Positions 22,748 to 34,881 of a DNA stretch of 64,000 bases are shown here, piece after piece. The stretch lies in assembly GCF_011745625.1 (NCBI RefSeq), contig NW_027191460.1, positions 620,001 through 684,000 of the forward strand, in the 5' to 3' direction. Made by a program: the position numbers and the translations under genes. The notes under the pieces were generated by a model. The model saw nothing but the letters and a program-made list of their open reading frames with translations. It was not told where the DNA came from and did no database searches. The stretch is from Cladosporium halotolerans. Its lineage: Eukaryota. Numbering within the stretch: position 1 is the first letter of the stretch; every line of letters starts with the position of its first letter.

Positions 22748-24417
22748 ATGGTCCACCTCGCTCGCGTCAAGACCGATCGCGACTTGTCCGAGCACAACAA
22801 AGATCTGCCTAAGATTGAGGACCTTGACATTGGAGTCCCTGGCCAAGATGAATTCACTGCCAACGTCTATGGCTCTAGCTTCGCTGCTCAGGACCTCCCA
22901 AGGCACGAGATACCAGAGAAAGAGATGCCTCGCGATGTGGCGTACAGAATGATCAAAGACGACCTCACTTTGGATGGAACGCCCACACTGAAGTTAGTTG
23001 TCTGGCGATCTAGCACATTCAAAGCTAAGCGATATTGACAACCCACAGCCTCGCCTCTTTCGTCACTACCTACATGGAAGACGAAGCCGAGAAGCTCATG
23101 GTCGACGCCTTCAGCAAGAACTTCATCGACTACGAAGAATATCCCGTCAGCGCCGACATTCAAAACCGCTGCGTCAGCATGATCGCTCGCCTCTTCAACG
23201 TCCCCTCGCACGATGAGAACTCGAATGCTATGGGCACGTCCACCATCGGCTCCTCCGAAGCCATCATGCTCGCCACTCTCGCCATGAAGAAACGCTGGGT
23301 CAACAAGCGCAAGGCTGAGGGCAAGGATTTCAGCCGCCCGAACATCATCATGAACTCTGCCGTGCAGGTGTGCTGGGAGAAGGCTGCGAGGTATTTCGAT
23401 GTAGAGGAAAAGTTTGTCTACTGCACTCCCGACCGCTACGTGATCGATCCTGAGGAGGCCGTCAACCTCATCGACGAGAACACCATTGGCATTTGCTCAA
23501 TCCTCGGCACCACCTACACTGGCGAGTACGAGGACACCAAGGCCATCAACGACCTGCTGGTCAAGAAGGGCATCGATTGTCCGATCCACGTTGACGCTGC
23601 TTCTGGTGGTTTCGTAGCACCTTTCGTCAACCCCAACCTCGTCTGGGACTTCCGCCTCGAGAAGGTCGTCTCAATCAACGTCTCCGGCCACAAATACGGC
23701 CTCGTCTACCCCGGCGTCGGCTGGGTCGTGTGGCGTGATCCCGAGTTCCTCCCGAAAGGTAAAAAGTACTCACTCAAAACCCCATCAATCCCGAAACTAA
23801 CAATCCTCTCCCCAGAACTAATCTTCAACATCAACTACCTCGGCGCCGACCAAGCCTCCTTCACGCTGAACTTCTCCCGCGGCGCTAGCCAGGTCATCGG
23901 GCAGTACTACCAGCTGATCCGGCTCGGCAAAACCGGCTACCGCAGCATCATGCTCAACCTCACCCGCACCGCCGACTACCTCGCGGCTGCCGTGCAGACC
24001 ATGGGATTCCTGCTCATGTCCAAAACCCGCGGCGCCGGCCTCCCGCTCGTCGCTTTCCGCCTCGACCCCGCGCGCAAGCACGGCTTCGACGAGTTCGCCA
24101 TCGCCCACCAGCTGCGCGAGCGCGGCTGGGTCGTGCCCGCGTACACGATGGCGCCGCACAGCGGGGAGCTGAAGATGATGCGGGTGGTCGTGAGGGAGGA
24201 TTTTTCAAGGTCGAGGTGCGACGCGCTGATTGGGGATTTGAAGCTTGCGCTGGGCGAGCTGGCGAAGCTGGACGAGAAGAGGATGCTGAAGAGCTATGTT
24301 GACCACATGAGGGGTCATGGGAGCAGGACGGGCAGGACGCAGGGGATGAATACGCATTTTGCGGATGAGACGCACAGTCTTAGTGGGAAGCATGGGAAGA
24401 CGCATGGTGTTTGTTGA
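22748..24417 (+). CDS. GAD1: Glutamate decarboxylase (PLP-dependent)
   Basis: Introns 22993-23048 and 23759-23815. Motifs 'NLASFVTTYME', 'HVDAASGGF' and the PLP-lysine motif 'SINVSGHKYG'. Confidence 0.96.
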
Positions 24418-24574
24418 GTTTGTGGGGAGATGGAAGTGGAGTGGAGTGAAGGATGTTGGGAGGGCGGGCACCTGAGGTTTGGTCGGCGGAGGCCTGTTAT
24501 TCACTCTTTTCACGATGAATGATGGTTCTATACGTATGATGTGCGGACTTCTTCCATTTCCGCGTGTCTCAAGA

Positions 24575-24755
24575 ATGACACTACAAAATACGGTACCACC
24601 CTCGCTTTTGAACCATTAGATGTCGATCTTGCGAAAGAGAGAGAGAGCGTCAATAATCTTGTCAAGTATCTCAGAGGGAGAATTATGAGGATACGGTACT
24701 ACTATCTCCTCTAATGTCATAAAAATCAATTTCCCGCGCGTGAGAGCTTACTGTT
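24575..24755 (-). repeat. Degenerate ~100-bp repeat array (family copy 2, two units, 103-bp period)
   Basis: Reverse-strand cores GAGGGTGGTACCG (ending 24591) and GATAGTAGTACCG (ending 24694); the downstream segment matches the 45.27-45.31 kb unit at 29/38 positions. Confidence 0.7.
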
Positions 24756-24816
24756 AACCCGAACAAGTCTGGAAAGGGGGCCTGTGGGCCCCAGCTTCAT
24801 AGAGTCACGAAATCGC

Positions 24817-26393
24817 TCATGTGTGGAACATTTCCACATCATCATCATTCTCCACTTCCTCCTCATCAGAGGCCTCTTCTGGATCGGCATGAGCTGCGCC
24901 TGGGGTCGGGGTCGACTCCTGCTCAGCCTTTGTCTCGGCATTGAAACCCAGACCGGTGAGCTTGTGTTCTCCGGTGTTGCGCCTCAGGTAGTTGTGGCCC
25001 GTGACTGGAGGCGCGGGTTTCATCTCCTTCCTACAAGCGATGAATTTCTCCCCGGTGAGGGTAGTTTCGTCGAACTAGGCGGCAATTTGGTCGATGCGGT
25101 CATCTTTCGCAGCGACCCGGACCACGTCTTGCAGGGGAAGCATCCGGACCTGATGCTGGTGGGAGATGGTCATGGCATTCGAGGAATGGCGAAGCAGCTC
25201 CTGAGCGGTGTGCCCAAGGTGCTGGCTATGAGAGATCATCTCCGCTGTAGTGAGAGTTGAGTCTGCCACAACGTCCCGAACAGTGCTGATCAGGGCTGCG
25301 TCGGAGTAGCCGGGGGCAAACAAGGAGGGCATGATGTTCTTGCGGGCCATCGTGATCCAGCGTTGCTTGAGTACATGAGTGGACATGACGAGGTAATCGG
25401 GCGCCCTGTCAGATAGCTTGAGGTTGTAGAAGTTCATCTGCAATGCATCAGAGGAACAGACCAGTTGCGGGTGTTTCCGGAAGCAGCGTTTGATGTAGGC
25501 ATCGGCGTCCATGACACCGGGGGAGTATTTCTCCTTTGCCAACCTGGAAATTGCGGATGTGACGGCGGGGGCCAGGCGGAACGGATCAAGCTGAGCTGGG
25601 AACTCATGTTTCTTCGGGTTGTATAGAAACCCTTTGCATGATCTTCCAAGACGCAGCCGAGCATGCTCGCAGGGCTTCTGTTGGCGATTAACCAGGTCGT
25701 GCTACAATACCGTACCTCTCCTTTGCGCCTGGCCTTGCCTTTACCCTTACCTTGGGCCACGCCTTCCCAGTCGGTGACGGGGACCACGGGCACAGGGAGA
25801 AGGTAGGTGGCATTGCCCGACTCGCGGCGGTGGGCATATTCCCCACCGCCCATGAGGACGCGGTTGACGTGGCATGTCAGATATTGACGGTCTTTGCCCT
25901 TGAGGACGGTAGCAGGCTCCCCTTGTGGAAGGCCGTGGGGCCAGACTGCTCCCTTGGTATCAAAAACGTGGGGCCGCTTTTTACCCAAGTTCTCGGGTAT
26001 TTCAAAGTCCCATGCGACTAGCAGGTAGCATTCCGCAACGCATCTATCTCAGAGGTGGCAGTTCCAGGGTGGCTCTAGGTACGTTTGAGGTGTGTCGAAG
26101 TAGTGAATCGCATCATAAAGAGGAGTTTCGACCTCTCCAAGGTCGGGCTTCCCGTTCGTGTCGTACGTGATCTTCAGTTTGTTGGTATGCTCTGGGGTCC
26201 AGGTCGGGTAGCTCATCGGTTAGGGAGTCCCACGGGCAACGAGATCACCCGAGCTCGAATTCTTGAGCATGATGATCTTCCTTGAGTTGTCTTCCAGGGC
26301 GTTCATGTCGTTGCGGCGCATGTAGGGAGTGGTTTCCTCCCTTTCGCTCACTTCCTTGGATGAGCTCATCAGTTCTCCAGTCTTCCGCTTCAT
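24817..26393 (-). pseudogene. Disrupted ~510-codon orphan gene, possible tyrosine-recombinase-like relic
   Basis: From ATG 26393 one frame continues through TAA (26220-26222) and TGA (26049-26051) into ORF 25434..25988. It shifts frame near 25700 (or via a 38-nt GT-AG intron, 25678-25715) into ORF 25075..25542, then passes TAG (25075-25077) in frame into 24817..25023. Confidence 0.65.
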
Positions 26394-28224
26394 GATGCCG
26401 ACGGTCCAGCAACGGACGTGAACGCTTCGTCACTTGATGACACTAGGGAGGGCAGAAAACCCAGCGGTAGGTGCTGAGGTGGTTGTAGAGGTAGTGGGTT
26501 GCCGGGAGGTGCAGATTTTGTGGTTGTTGTGTGAGTGAGGCAAGTGAGTGCAAGTGAACAAGTGCCGGTTGCCACAGGGGCTTCCGTGCGTGCACATGAA
26601 TGCTTTCACATGACACGAGGCAATGAGTGGGCGCGGTTCTTTCACTTGCGAGAGTTGCTTTCTGGCATCACATGCGCGTGAGATGCATGTGACTTCTTGC
26701 TCAATTGAGGAAGATTAGTTCACTCATTTTGCATGGATGTTGGCGTCACCTCAGACGGTTCACGATTGTGCCAGTCGGCGGTTGAGACGAGCCACAAGCA
26801 AGTCCTCGATGGCGTCTTCGGACTGGGTGTAAGACTGACAGTCCAGGTTTCCCAGCGCCGTGATGCCCAGCCGGCGTTTTGCAGCACACAATGTGAATCG
26901 TTAGGTGCGCGGCTTTGGAACAAATGTCTAGAGGGTTTGCAGGAACTTGATACGTAGCAATACTCGATTGCCGACAACCCTCGGAAAGTTGCCCAGACAT
27001 TTTCAGAGCGCCTTTTTGCCGTATCAGCGGGATTGCTTTGTCGACGGTCTCTTGCACTCGGTCAACCTATTTGCCGGTCATGATCACAACATCATTAGCG
27101 TGTGTCAGATAAAATCATAATTCATTGATCTCGGTTCTGAGGCCGGGCCTCGACAGATCACCGTCAACACTCTTTTGCGAAACACAGAGAACATTGTCAG
27201 CCCTCAACGCGCTGCACTATTCGCGGATAAAGCACAATGCGAGATCTGGTTGCTGTGCGTTGTAGACCTTCATTTGACCCCGCGTCTTCTCCGTCTGGTT
27301 TCTGGGAATGAGTGGCGCGAAGAGGCGCACTCGAAACTGGAAGAACAGTAGCAGCAGAAAGTCTGACGCCGCTCCAGTCACCCAACCCGTCGGCGACCAG
27401 TTGCTCAGTCGCTCCTGGAATTTTAGCGAGGATAAGCCCCGTCCTACAGTCATTTACCCATGAGGTGCCGCCACCGTGACAGAGTGTGAGTTCGTGGCAA
27501 TGGCATCGTCGCTCTGGCAATGTTGCAGCCCAATCACGCCACGATCAGAAGGCGTTCCGAGATGAAGCAAGATTGCCATGTGACCATGCCTCCTAACTAC
27601 CCGCGATTAGCATCCCAGGACAGCTCTTGGGTCCAACCGGATCAGCAGGCACGGAGCGCAGCCCGCTCCCTTCCGATGCAGAGTTCAGCGCGGCCTGGAC
27701 TGCTATTCTCGTTGCCGTGATGCGGATCCTTCTTCGACAGGACTAATGCCAGGACTAATGCCAAACGGAAAGTCACAGAGCCCTGGGGTTCCTTTGACCG
27801 GTAGGTGCAACTCAAGGCGAATGGGGCATTGAAGGTTCGGACGTACACGCGGCTTTGTGCTCTCAAGGCCAAAGGCAAATCCGTTTCCGGAGGAGGGGGG
27901 ATGGCCGGAAGTCGGATGTGATCACATGGAGGCGTTTAGGTTGGCGGTATGCTTTTTCTCGTGTTCGAGAAGATTTGTGAAATTGATAAGATGGTTCAAA
28001 GGTGAATCTCGACTGGCTTTTCAAGAACTTAGGGTTGATTTGGCGGTGATGTGAGGCTTCTGACGCCATAGCCACAAGCGCCGGCTTGCGATCAACGGCA
28101 GACTCGTATCCAGCCGAAGAAAGCCAATAATGGTTCTGGGAATTCGCATCAAAATCTGGCAAATCGAAGGGTTCAACGCGGCAGCAATGCACTATAATGT
28201 GGGGGTTGTCTGTGTGGCTTGCGT

Positions 28225-28555
28225 GAGAATGGACGAGCCAAAGTCAATATGGGCACTCACCAATTCAAGGTGCCCCCACTGCTTCCCCGAGACAACGTGT
28301 GGCATTGCAGTCTCATTATGTTTCGCGCGTAAAAATCAGTTTGAACACGCTGGAGGAGATGGTAGCACGTCAACTTTGGTAGGGGTTGAGGAGAGGCTTC
28401 TGCGCTTGAGTGAACATCTCCGGAGGTTGGAGAATGGCGTCAGATTGGGGCGAGGTTCAGAAAGAATGTGTGTTCCAACCCCACTGCCTCTCCAGAAAAC
28501 TCCTGTGCTATCATCCCTTCTGGATCAACCAAAAACGATTTTTTGCGGGAAGGCC
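28225..28555. repeat. Degenerate ~100-bp repeat family copy 3: forward and inverted units facing each other
   Basis: Forward AAAAATCAGTTTGAACACGCTGGAGGAGATGGTAGCAC (28331-28368). The reverse unit at 28505-28550 reads CCCGCAAAAAATCGTTTTTGGTTGATCCAGAAGGGATGATAGCAC on the minus strand. Confidence 0.65.
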
Positions 28556-31295
28556 TAGTGCAGTGTACGAGAAGTTTGGCAGTGTATTGGATTCGTTACT
28601 TTGGCTCCTGCATACTGAGGGTCCATCGAGAGTGATTCCGTGTTGCTGCGAAAGCGCATGGAATGAGGCAGATCGTCATCTATCGCCGGTTTCACCATCT
28701 TCGATCACCATTCACTTACGATAGTGCTTGAAAGTTCTGCTGCATCCAAAAGGCAACACAACCGAAGAAAGCATTGCGATCGGTAAGAGTAGCCTGGACT
28801 GTGGATTGGAGCATCATTGCAGAACCTCAAATTAGAATTTGGTTAACCGTGCACAGGTCGGAAGGGCCCCCCGATGATCTTTTACACTCGGCGCCGTTGC
28901 TGTAAAGACAGTAGAGCGCGGCTAGTATGGTAGGTTGTTCGACGGCTCTCTGCCTAAGCGAGCTTAAAGGCTATCAAGGGTAGATCGTTAGTGCACAGGG
29001 TGCGAGGCGGTTTGTCGACTATTATATCAGCATGAAGAATGTCGGAGCAGACAGTAGGTCTGTGCCGCAGCATCCGGTTTCCCTTGCTCAAGCTCGCGGT
29101 GCGCTTTGAAGTCTGGTTTTATTATAGATTTAAGCTTCCCGGTTCCACGAGGTGCGGGCACTAAGCCTTCCCTGTCGCAATCCCACGGGAAATGCGTCAT
29201 GCCGCGACGGAACGCCCGACAACGTTTTGTCCGTCCACAGGACCATAACAAATTATTGAGGCCAAGCGGTCGATCAGACACATGAGAGAAATTGCATGCT
29301 GGGACCATGATACACGCTGATTGCAGTTTGAGACAGCGGCGCCACTGGTGGGTTGCATCTGTGTGTGGCAATCAGTGGCGTGGGTGCAGGCAAATGACGA
29401 AAAGAAGTGCTTTATTTCGAGCAGCTGGACAGATGCATTGCGGCGGGGATCACGGGGCGTGGATCGCTTCGAGAAATGTGCGCAGGCGTCCAGTATCGGG
29501 CACTCAATGTGGTACCGGCGCGCGGCTAGAGAAGACTCAATCGGCACGTAGGATTTCTGATCCCGGACAGTGTTGACGACCGTTGAAAAGAGGGCAGCGC
29601 TTGTGATGCCTGGTTTGGAATGCCGTGGGACTGACTTTGTAACGCGTCTTTCCACGAGCAATGAAAGAAGAACGATGCCGAGGCTGGCCCACAAGAGCCG
29701 GCCGGCGACTCTCGGTATGCGCTTGCCCTATCCTACCATCGCAGTCGGTCCCAAAGCTGCGCACACGCTGCTGGAGCTGAACGGCCAATATTCCCAAGTG
29801 GTTCGAGTCGCGCGAAGCCAAAAATAACCGACCCTGCCCACTTGGAGCCGTCGCCCCCCGCAAATCGCCCGGCCTAAGGAAGCTAGCACGGCTTTTGGCG
29901 AACGCCATACCGCCGTGACCGCGTGCAGGCTTCAGAAATTATCTGCTATCACCGCGTGGGAGGTTGGCGGGTGGTCACAGCACTGTTGCTGCCCTGAGCG
30001 TACGCACGACGGACTCGCCGGACGAGGTGGCAGCTTGCTGACGGACGGCTGGGCGTACTGATGACGCTGCCGCCCAGATCCCGCGAACAGCAACGGCGGT
30101 CCGCGAGAAGAGGCGAGGAAAGGCTGAGCAGGCGCCAGCACGCCACTCATCGGGCGTGGATAGTGGGCACCCCTCGTTGCATTCTGCCATTCTACCGTAG
30201 CAGCGACCAAGGGACAGGAGTGGTGGCAGCAGGACCTGCCGAGCAGGGTCTGCTGCTGGTTCCTGCAGATCAGGTTGCGGCTAGGGGCGCTCCTCGCTTC
30301 CTGCTCCCCCGGCCTGTCAGCCCAAGAGGGCATCACTTGCACACGGCGTGGCGGGCTGGCGACGCCGTCGGCGACACGCCCGCGAGACCCCCTTCGCCTC
30401 GCGTGCGCTCCTTCGCCTGGTGATGGGTGTGCGTGGACGAATGCGTGTGGACAGATGCGTAGGCACCTGCGCCGTCGCGCATCCATCGCCGCGTGCGGTG
30501 GTGCTGTAGGAGCGAGTGGCCGCCGCGAGCTGAAGCCGTCGCTCACCGCGCGACCCGTGTCGGCGGATACCGGCCGTGCTGCTGGCGTGTGCGGGCTCCT
30601 GACAGAGGTTGATGAGTATTACTCGCCGGCGCGGGCTGCTGACTGTGAGTGTGCGAGAGACGATGTGCGGTGAGGGCCGCTCCCCAGGACGCGACGGTGC
30701 CATTCGAGGCTCGCTCCAGAGCACGGGCGCTGTCATACGAGCTCGACCCTACCCGTCCTCCGCCCATTCAACGGCCGACAAGGTTCTTACCGCACCTATC
30801 GCCCTCAAGCCGATCGCCGGCGAACACGCTAGGAGGAAGCTTGAGAGGTCTATTTCGAGAACCTCACACCTGCAGGCGACGTTCAGGCACAGCGCGACCT
30901 ACATCGAGCGTGCGGTATGCCTCTGGGTCTCATTACATAGCGTCCGTCTTGTCTCCACCGACCCGGGGAGGATCATCGCTTGGTCAAGTATCACACATTC
31001 GCTTCTTGCTTTTGTTATCACGCTCGTTGCTCGTGCCTCTACTGTACACTTGAGTGGTACTCCAGACGCTGCTCGAAACCAAACACACTCGCTGCATACA
31101 TTCCAGAAGACCGCGGTACAGCATTACTCAACACCTGCCGTGATCAAAGGACCCCGCCGGATCCCGACCGCGGCTCTCTACCCTGATATAACCACCCACT
31201 AGCGGCGAGGAAATTCCTTTAGGCAGCCATTTCAGCATCTGGTTTGCACGTCTTGAGTACGATCATTCCACAAACTCTCCAGGAAGCATCCCAAC

Positions 31296-33239
31296 ATGGC
31301 TGGCCAGGGCGCTGGGCCTTCCCGGCGAAGCCACACGAAGAGTCGCAAAGGCTGCAAAACATGCAAACGGAGGTATTTATCCCAGTGTGCTTGAAGGAAG
31401 GCGAAGCGAGAATGCGTACGGAGGCTAATGGCCATGTAGACACATTCGTTGTGACGAGACTTTTCCTCAGTGGTCAGTACGCATCTTACCTATCCGCTTG
31501 AGTCTTGTGCTGACTTCTCCTCAGCCGCAACTGTACTAAACACCAAGTCCGTTGCGATTACATGGAGAACATGGGATCGGATATGCAGAGCCAGAGCGGA
31601 AGCCCAGAACAGTCGTCGCTCGTTTTCACCCCTGAATCAGAGAGACGGGTAGATCTTTGGCAGCAGACCGGCAGCTTTCCGTACAGCGACCTGAACGTGT
31701 TTCCTCTCCCATCGACACAAGCATATTCGAAGACCGACCTGCAGTTGATACATCACCTCTCATCTATATCCAACGATCTTTTGCTCAACAACTCCAACGA
31801 GCTCACATTATGGACACACAAGCTGCCAAAGTAAGGCTGAAACCGCCGCGCGGATGTGTAAAAGCAACCTCGTATTCACTTATCGGGATCGTCCTGCTAA
31901 CGTAATTGGTGCATAGATTTCTGAGCATCGCTTCCTCGTATCCTTACGTAATGAACGCCTTGCTTTCCTTCTCCGCAAACCATCTCGCCTGGACACAATC
32001 ATCACCAGAAACGCGAAATCTTCAGATACACCATGGATCTATTGCGCTTCGAGGTCTGCACGAAGCGATCGGCAGCTTTTCGCCAGCCAACGCCGACGCG
32101 ATCCTCGCGGCATCGCTACTCATGCTGTGGCAGGCCACGGACTGGTACGATACGTGTCTTTGCTTAAGTAAGACACAGCTGACAACCGGCACAGGCGCAG
32201 TTGGTCATCATTGAGAGCGGGTGTGCAGTCGGTCAGTGGAATAGTTTCATCTGCTTCAGACGGGAGCTAACAAAAACAACAGGTCCTCAGCACGATGCAA
32301 AGCTGGAGCCATGAATCCCTCTTCAAAGAACTCATAGCCGAAGAAGACCTCGTCGCAGAATCTTTCCGCGCACACCGAAGACGAGCGAGCATCAGCACTT
32401 CCGACCGAGCAGCGATAATGCAAAGCATCATCCAATCTCTCCAAAGACTACAATACAGCCTCGTAGGCCTGGACATGGAAGCGTACTGGGTCGAGCAACT
32501 GTTGTCATACATCCAACGTCTCCAAAGCACACCACCAGCGCAGACTCCGGAAGAGCAATTCTCACAAATATATCTCCTGCGCAAATGGCTTTTCTGGGTT
32601 CCGATATCTCTCCTACAACGGCAAGGCGGAAAGGGTCCAGCGATGCTTACGCTCGCGCACTTCTACGCGACTGCACTCACACTCGAGCCTGTCTTCCCTG
32701 ACTTGGGTCCTGCGTTTTGCTCTGCGCTCGCGCTACCGGCACTGGACAGCATCGTGAACGTCACAACCGCAATGCGCTCTGAACAAGGTCTGGACAGCGC
32801 ATCATCGGAAATCGCAACTTTGATGCAGTTTCCCCATCAAGCAGCATTCAATTATCGCAGTCGCCTGACGCAACCCGATCCCACGGTCGCCATGCAGCCA
32901 TCCCAAGTCGCGTACAGCTTCAACCCCGAAATGCTCAACTACACCACAACCGGCAATCTCAGTCCGGCCTTCGCACCTTCAACACCCCATTACACACCTT
33001 CGGTCTCCACCTCCGCCTCCAGCTCCAGCACTCCTTTTCTCGAAGTCCCCTCCTCCCAGGCCAGCCAGACCGGTTTCAGCTACGGCACCAGCTCCTGGGG
33101 CGCGATGCCCTCACCTGGCTTTCCTCCCGAGGCATACACATCCGACATCTACGACATGAGCGGCTTGTCGCTAGGCAGCAGCAGCGGCGCTCACGGCTTC
33201 CGCGGCGGGTTCGTATCCCCGCTACCCGTTTGGACCTAG
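31296..33239 (+). CDS. Zn(II)2Cys6 transcription factor (Upc2-like C6 finger with fungal-specific middle region)
   Basis: Spliced N-terminus MAGQGAGPSRRSHTKSRKGCKTCKRR|HIRCDETFPQC|RNCTKHQVRCDY (introns 31373-31439, 31473-31524). Further introns near 31831-31917, 32145-32194 and 32232-32282. Contains 'YVMNALLSFSANHLAW' and 'NADAILAASLLMLWQ'. Confidence 0.92.
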
Positions 33240-34881
33240 GTGTCTACAACTTCGAGTGTAATTTCAGAGGACTAAGCGATTCGATTTCATTCCAGACCTT
33301 CATCAAGCGGCCAGCCAGAGCAGCAGTCGCAAGCGCAGCAGCAGCAACAGTATCCACAGTATCAGCAATATCCCGGATACTAGCTAGGCTTTCGTTCCTC
33401 CAGTTTCCTTCGTCCATTTCATTTTTCGTTTCGAACAGACGGTCGGCGTGGCTACACGGCGGCAATGAAACAATCAGCATCCATCATACCTAGCGCCCAA
33501 GGCCCCGACCAAAGCATATAGCCCATCTGCACGGGCATCGAGAGATTTGCAACACCGAAGATACCCCTCAACGTCCGAACATCGCGAGAACAAATCAGCA
33601 ACGAGACCGCATTCGATCACGGCGGAACGAATTTCCTCTATCTCATCGTCATCATTTCGGCAGATTTCCTTATCGAGTTTTGCAGTCAAGAAGAGGAGGG
33701 TATGGAAGCGGCAATGTGAGGGTTCCGGGAGAACGGAGGTGGTGAGGGGGGTCAGGAGAAGAGTAGGAAGGGCTTTTCAGACAGCAGAAAGTGCATTGAT
33801 CACGGAAGAAGAGAAGAGCGGGAATGATACCTTTGCATTACATTGACACGGCGTTTTTCGATTTATTGGGCGGCATCCTGGACAAGACGCGCAGAGAGAA
33901 GGTGAATTCCGGTCCGGTCTGCTCTTGAGTGGCGGGGATGGTAGGAGGGAAGAGCACCGGCGTCCTCAGAGGGCGGACAAGATTCGGTGGGGAATTCGTA
34001 CCTGAAGAGTGTATGCGAATACAGGAAAGAAATGGCAAACGAGTGTTTTTATCTCCCATTCCCAAATTTTGCGGAACCGTGCCTAACTTAGATGAGAACT
34101 GACTGCAGATTGAACGAAGACCAGTAACAGTTCGAACGAATGATCGATCGATCGATCAAGTCCTGCAATCAAACTCATACGCCCTGCCGAATGCCACGAA
34201 TTTCGCAATCAGCAATGCAAAGGCTTTTCGACAGCTTGAAGTAGGATGGAGAGCCACTCGCTCAATACAACAAACATTACAAAGAGCAGTGCCGGCGTGC
34301 CTCCGTGGCTCTCGAGGATCCTCGGCTTATCCGTCCCGGCATCTGACCACCGACTTCAAATCTACGAGTCGTGTTTCTACGCGTTGCGCGAGTGGCACTC
34401 TACCAGATCCCATATCTGGAAGGCGCAAAGGAGTGCGTTCAAGCCAGCTCGTTGCAGTCATCGATCCGAGGGTACAGAACTACGTATGCCGAACGGTCCA
34501 AGACGAACTGTCCAGTTCCATCGGTCAATCGACGCTTTCTTGTAGATTTAACCACGTTTGCCCATCCACAAGCACCTTCGAATCGTGACATTACGATGCC
34601 CGTAGCGTATTCTCAAGAAGACCCACATTTTCCCCTTTTCTCCAACATCTTCATTCCGTTCCCTGCAACTGCAGGATCATCTTCAGATAGTGTGCTCTGC
34701 CAGCCTCCTCACCCCCAATCATTCCTTACCTCATTCAAGCGACAACCCAAATCGTGAATGAACTCAGGGCAAGGAAAGGAATCTAGAAAAATCCTAGATT
34801 ATTAATTCGACCTTTCTGGACGTTCGGCGACAACGTCGTTTTCGAGAATCATCAATGGAAAATGCACTACTCTTGAAATTT

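Noticed and set aside
27738..27763. CAGGACTAATGC 12-bp tandem duplicate and small palindrome at ~26668-26692
   Set aside because: Too short to support function or to call a target-site duplication.
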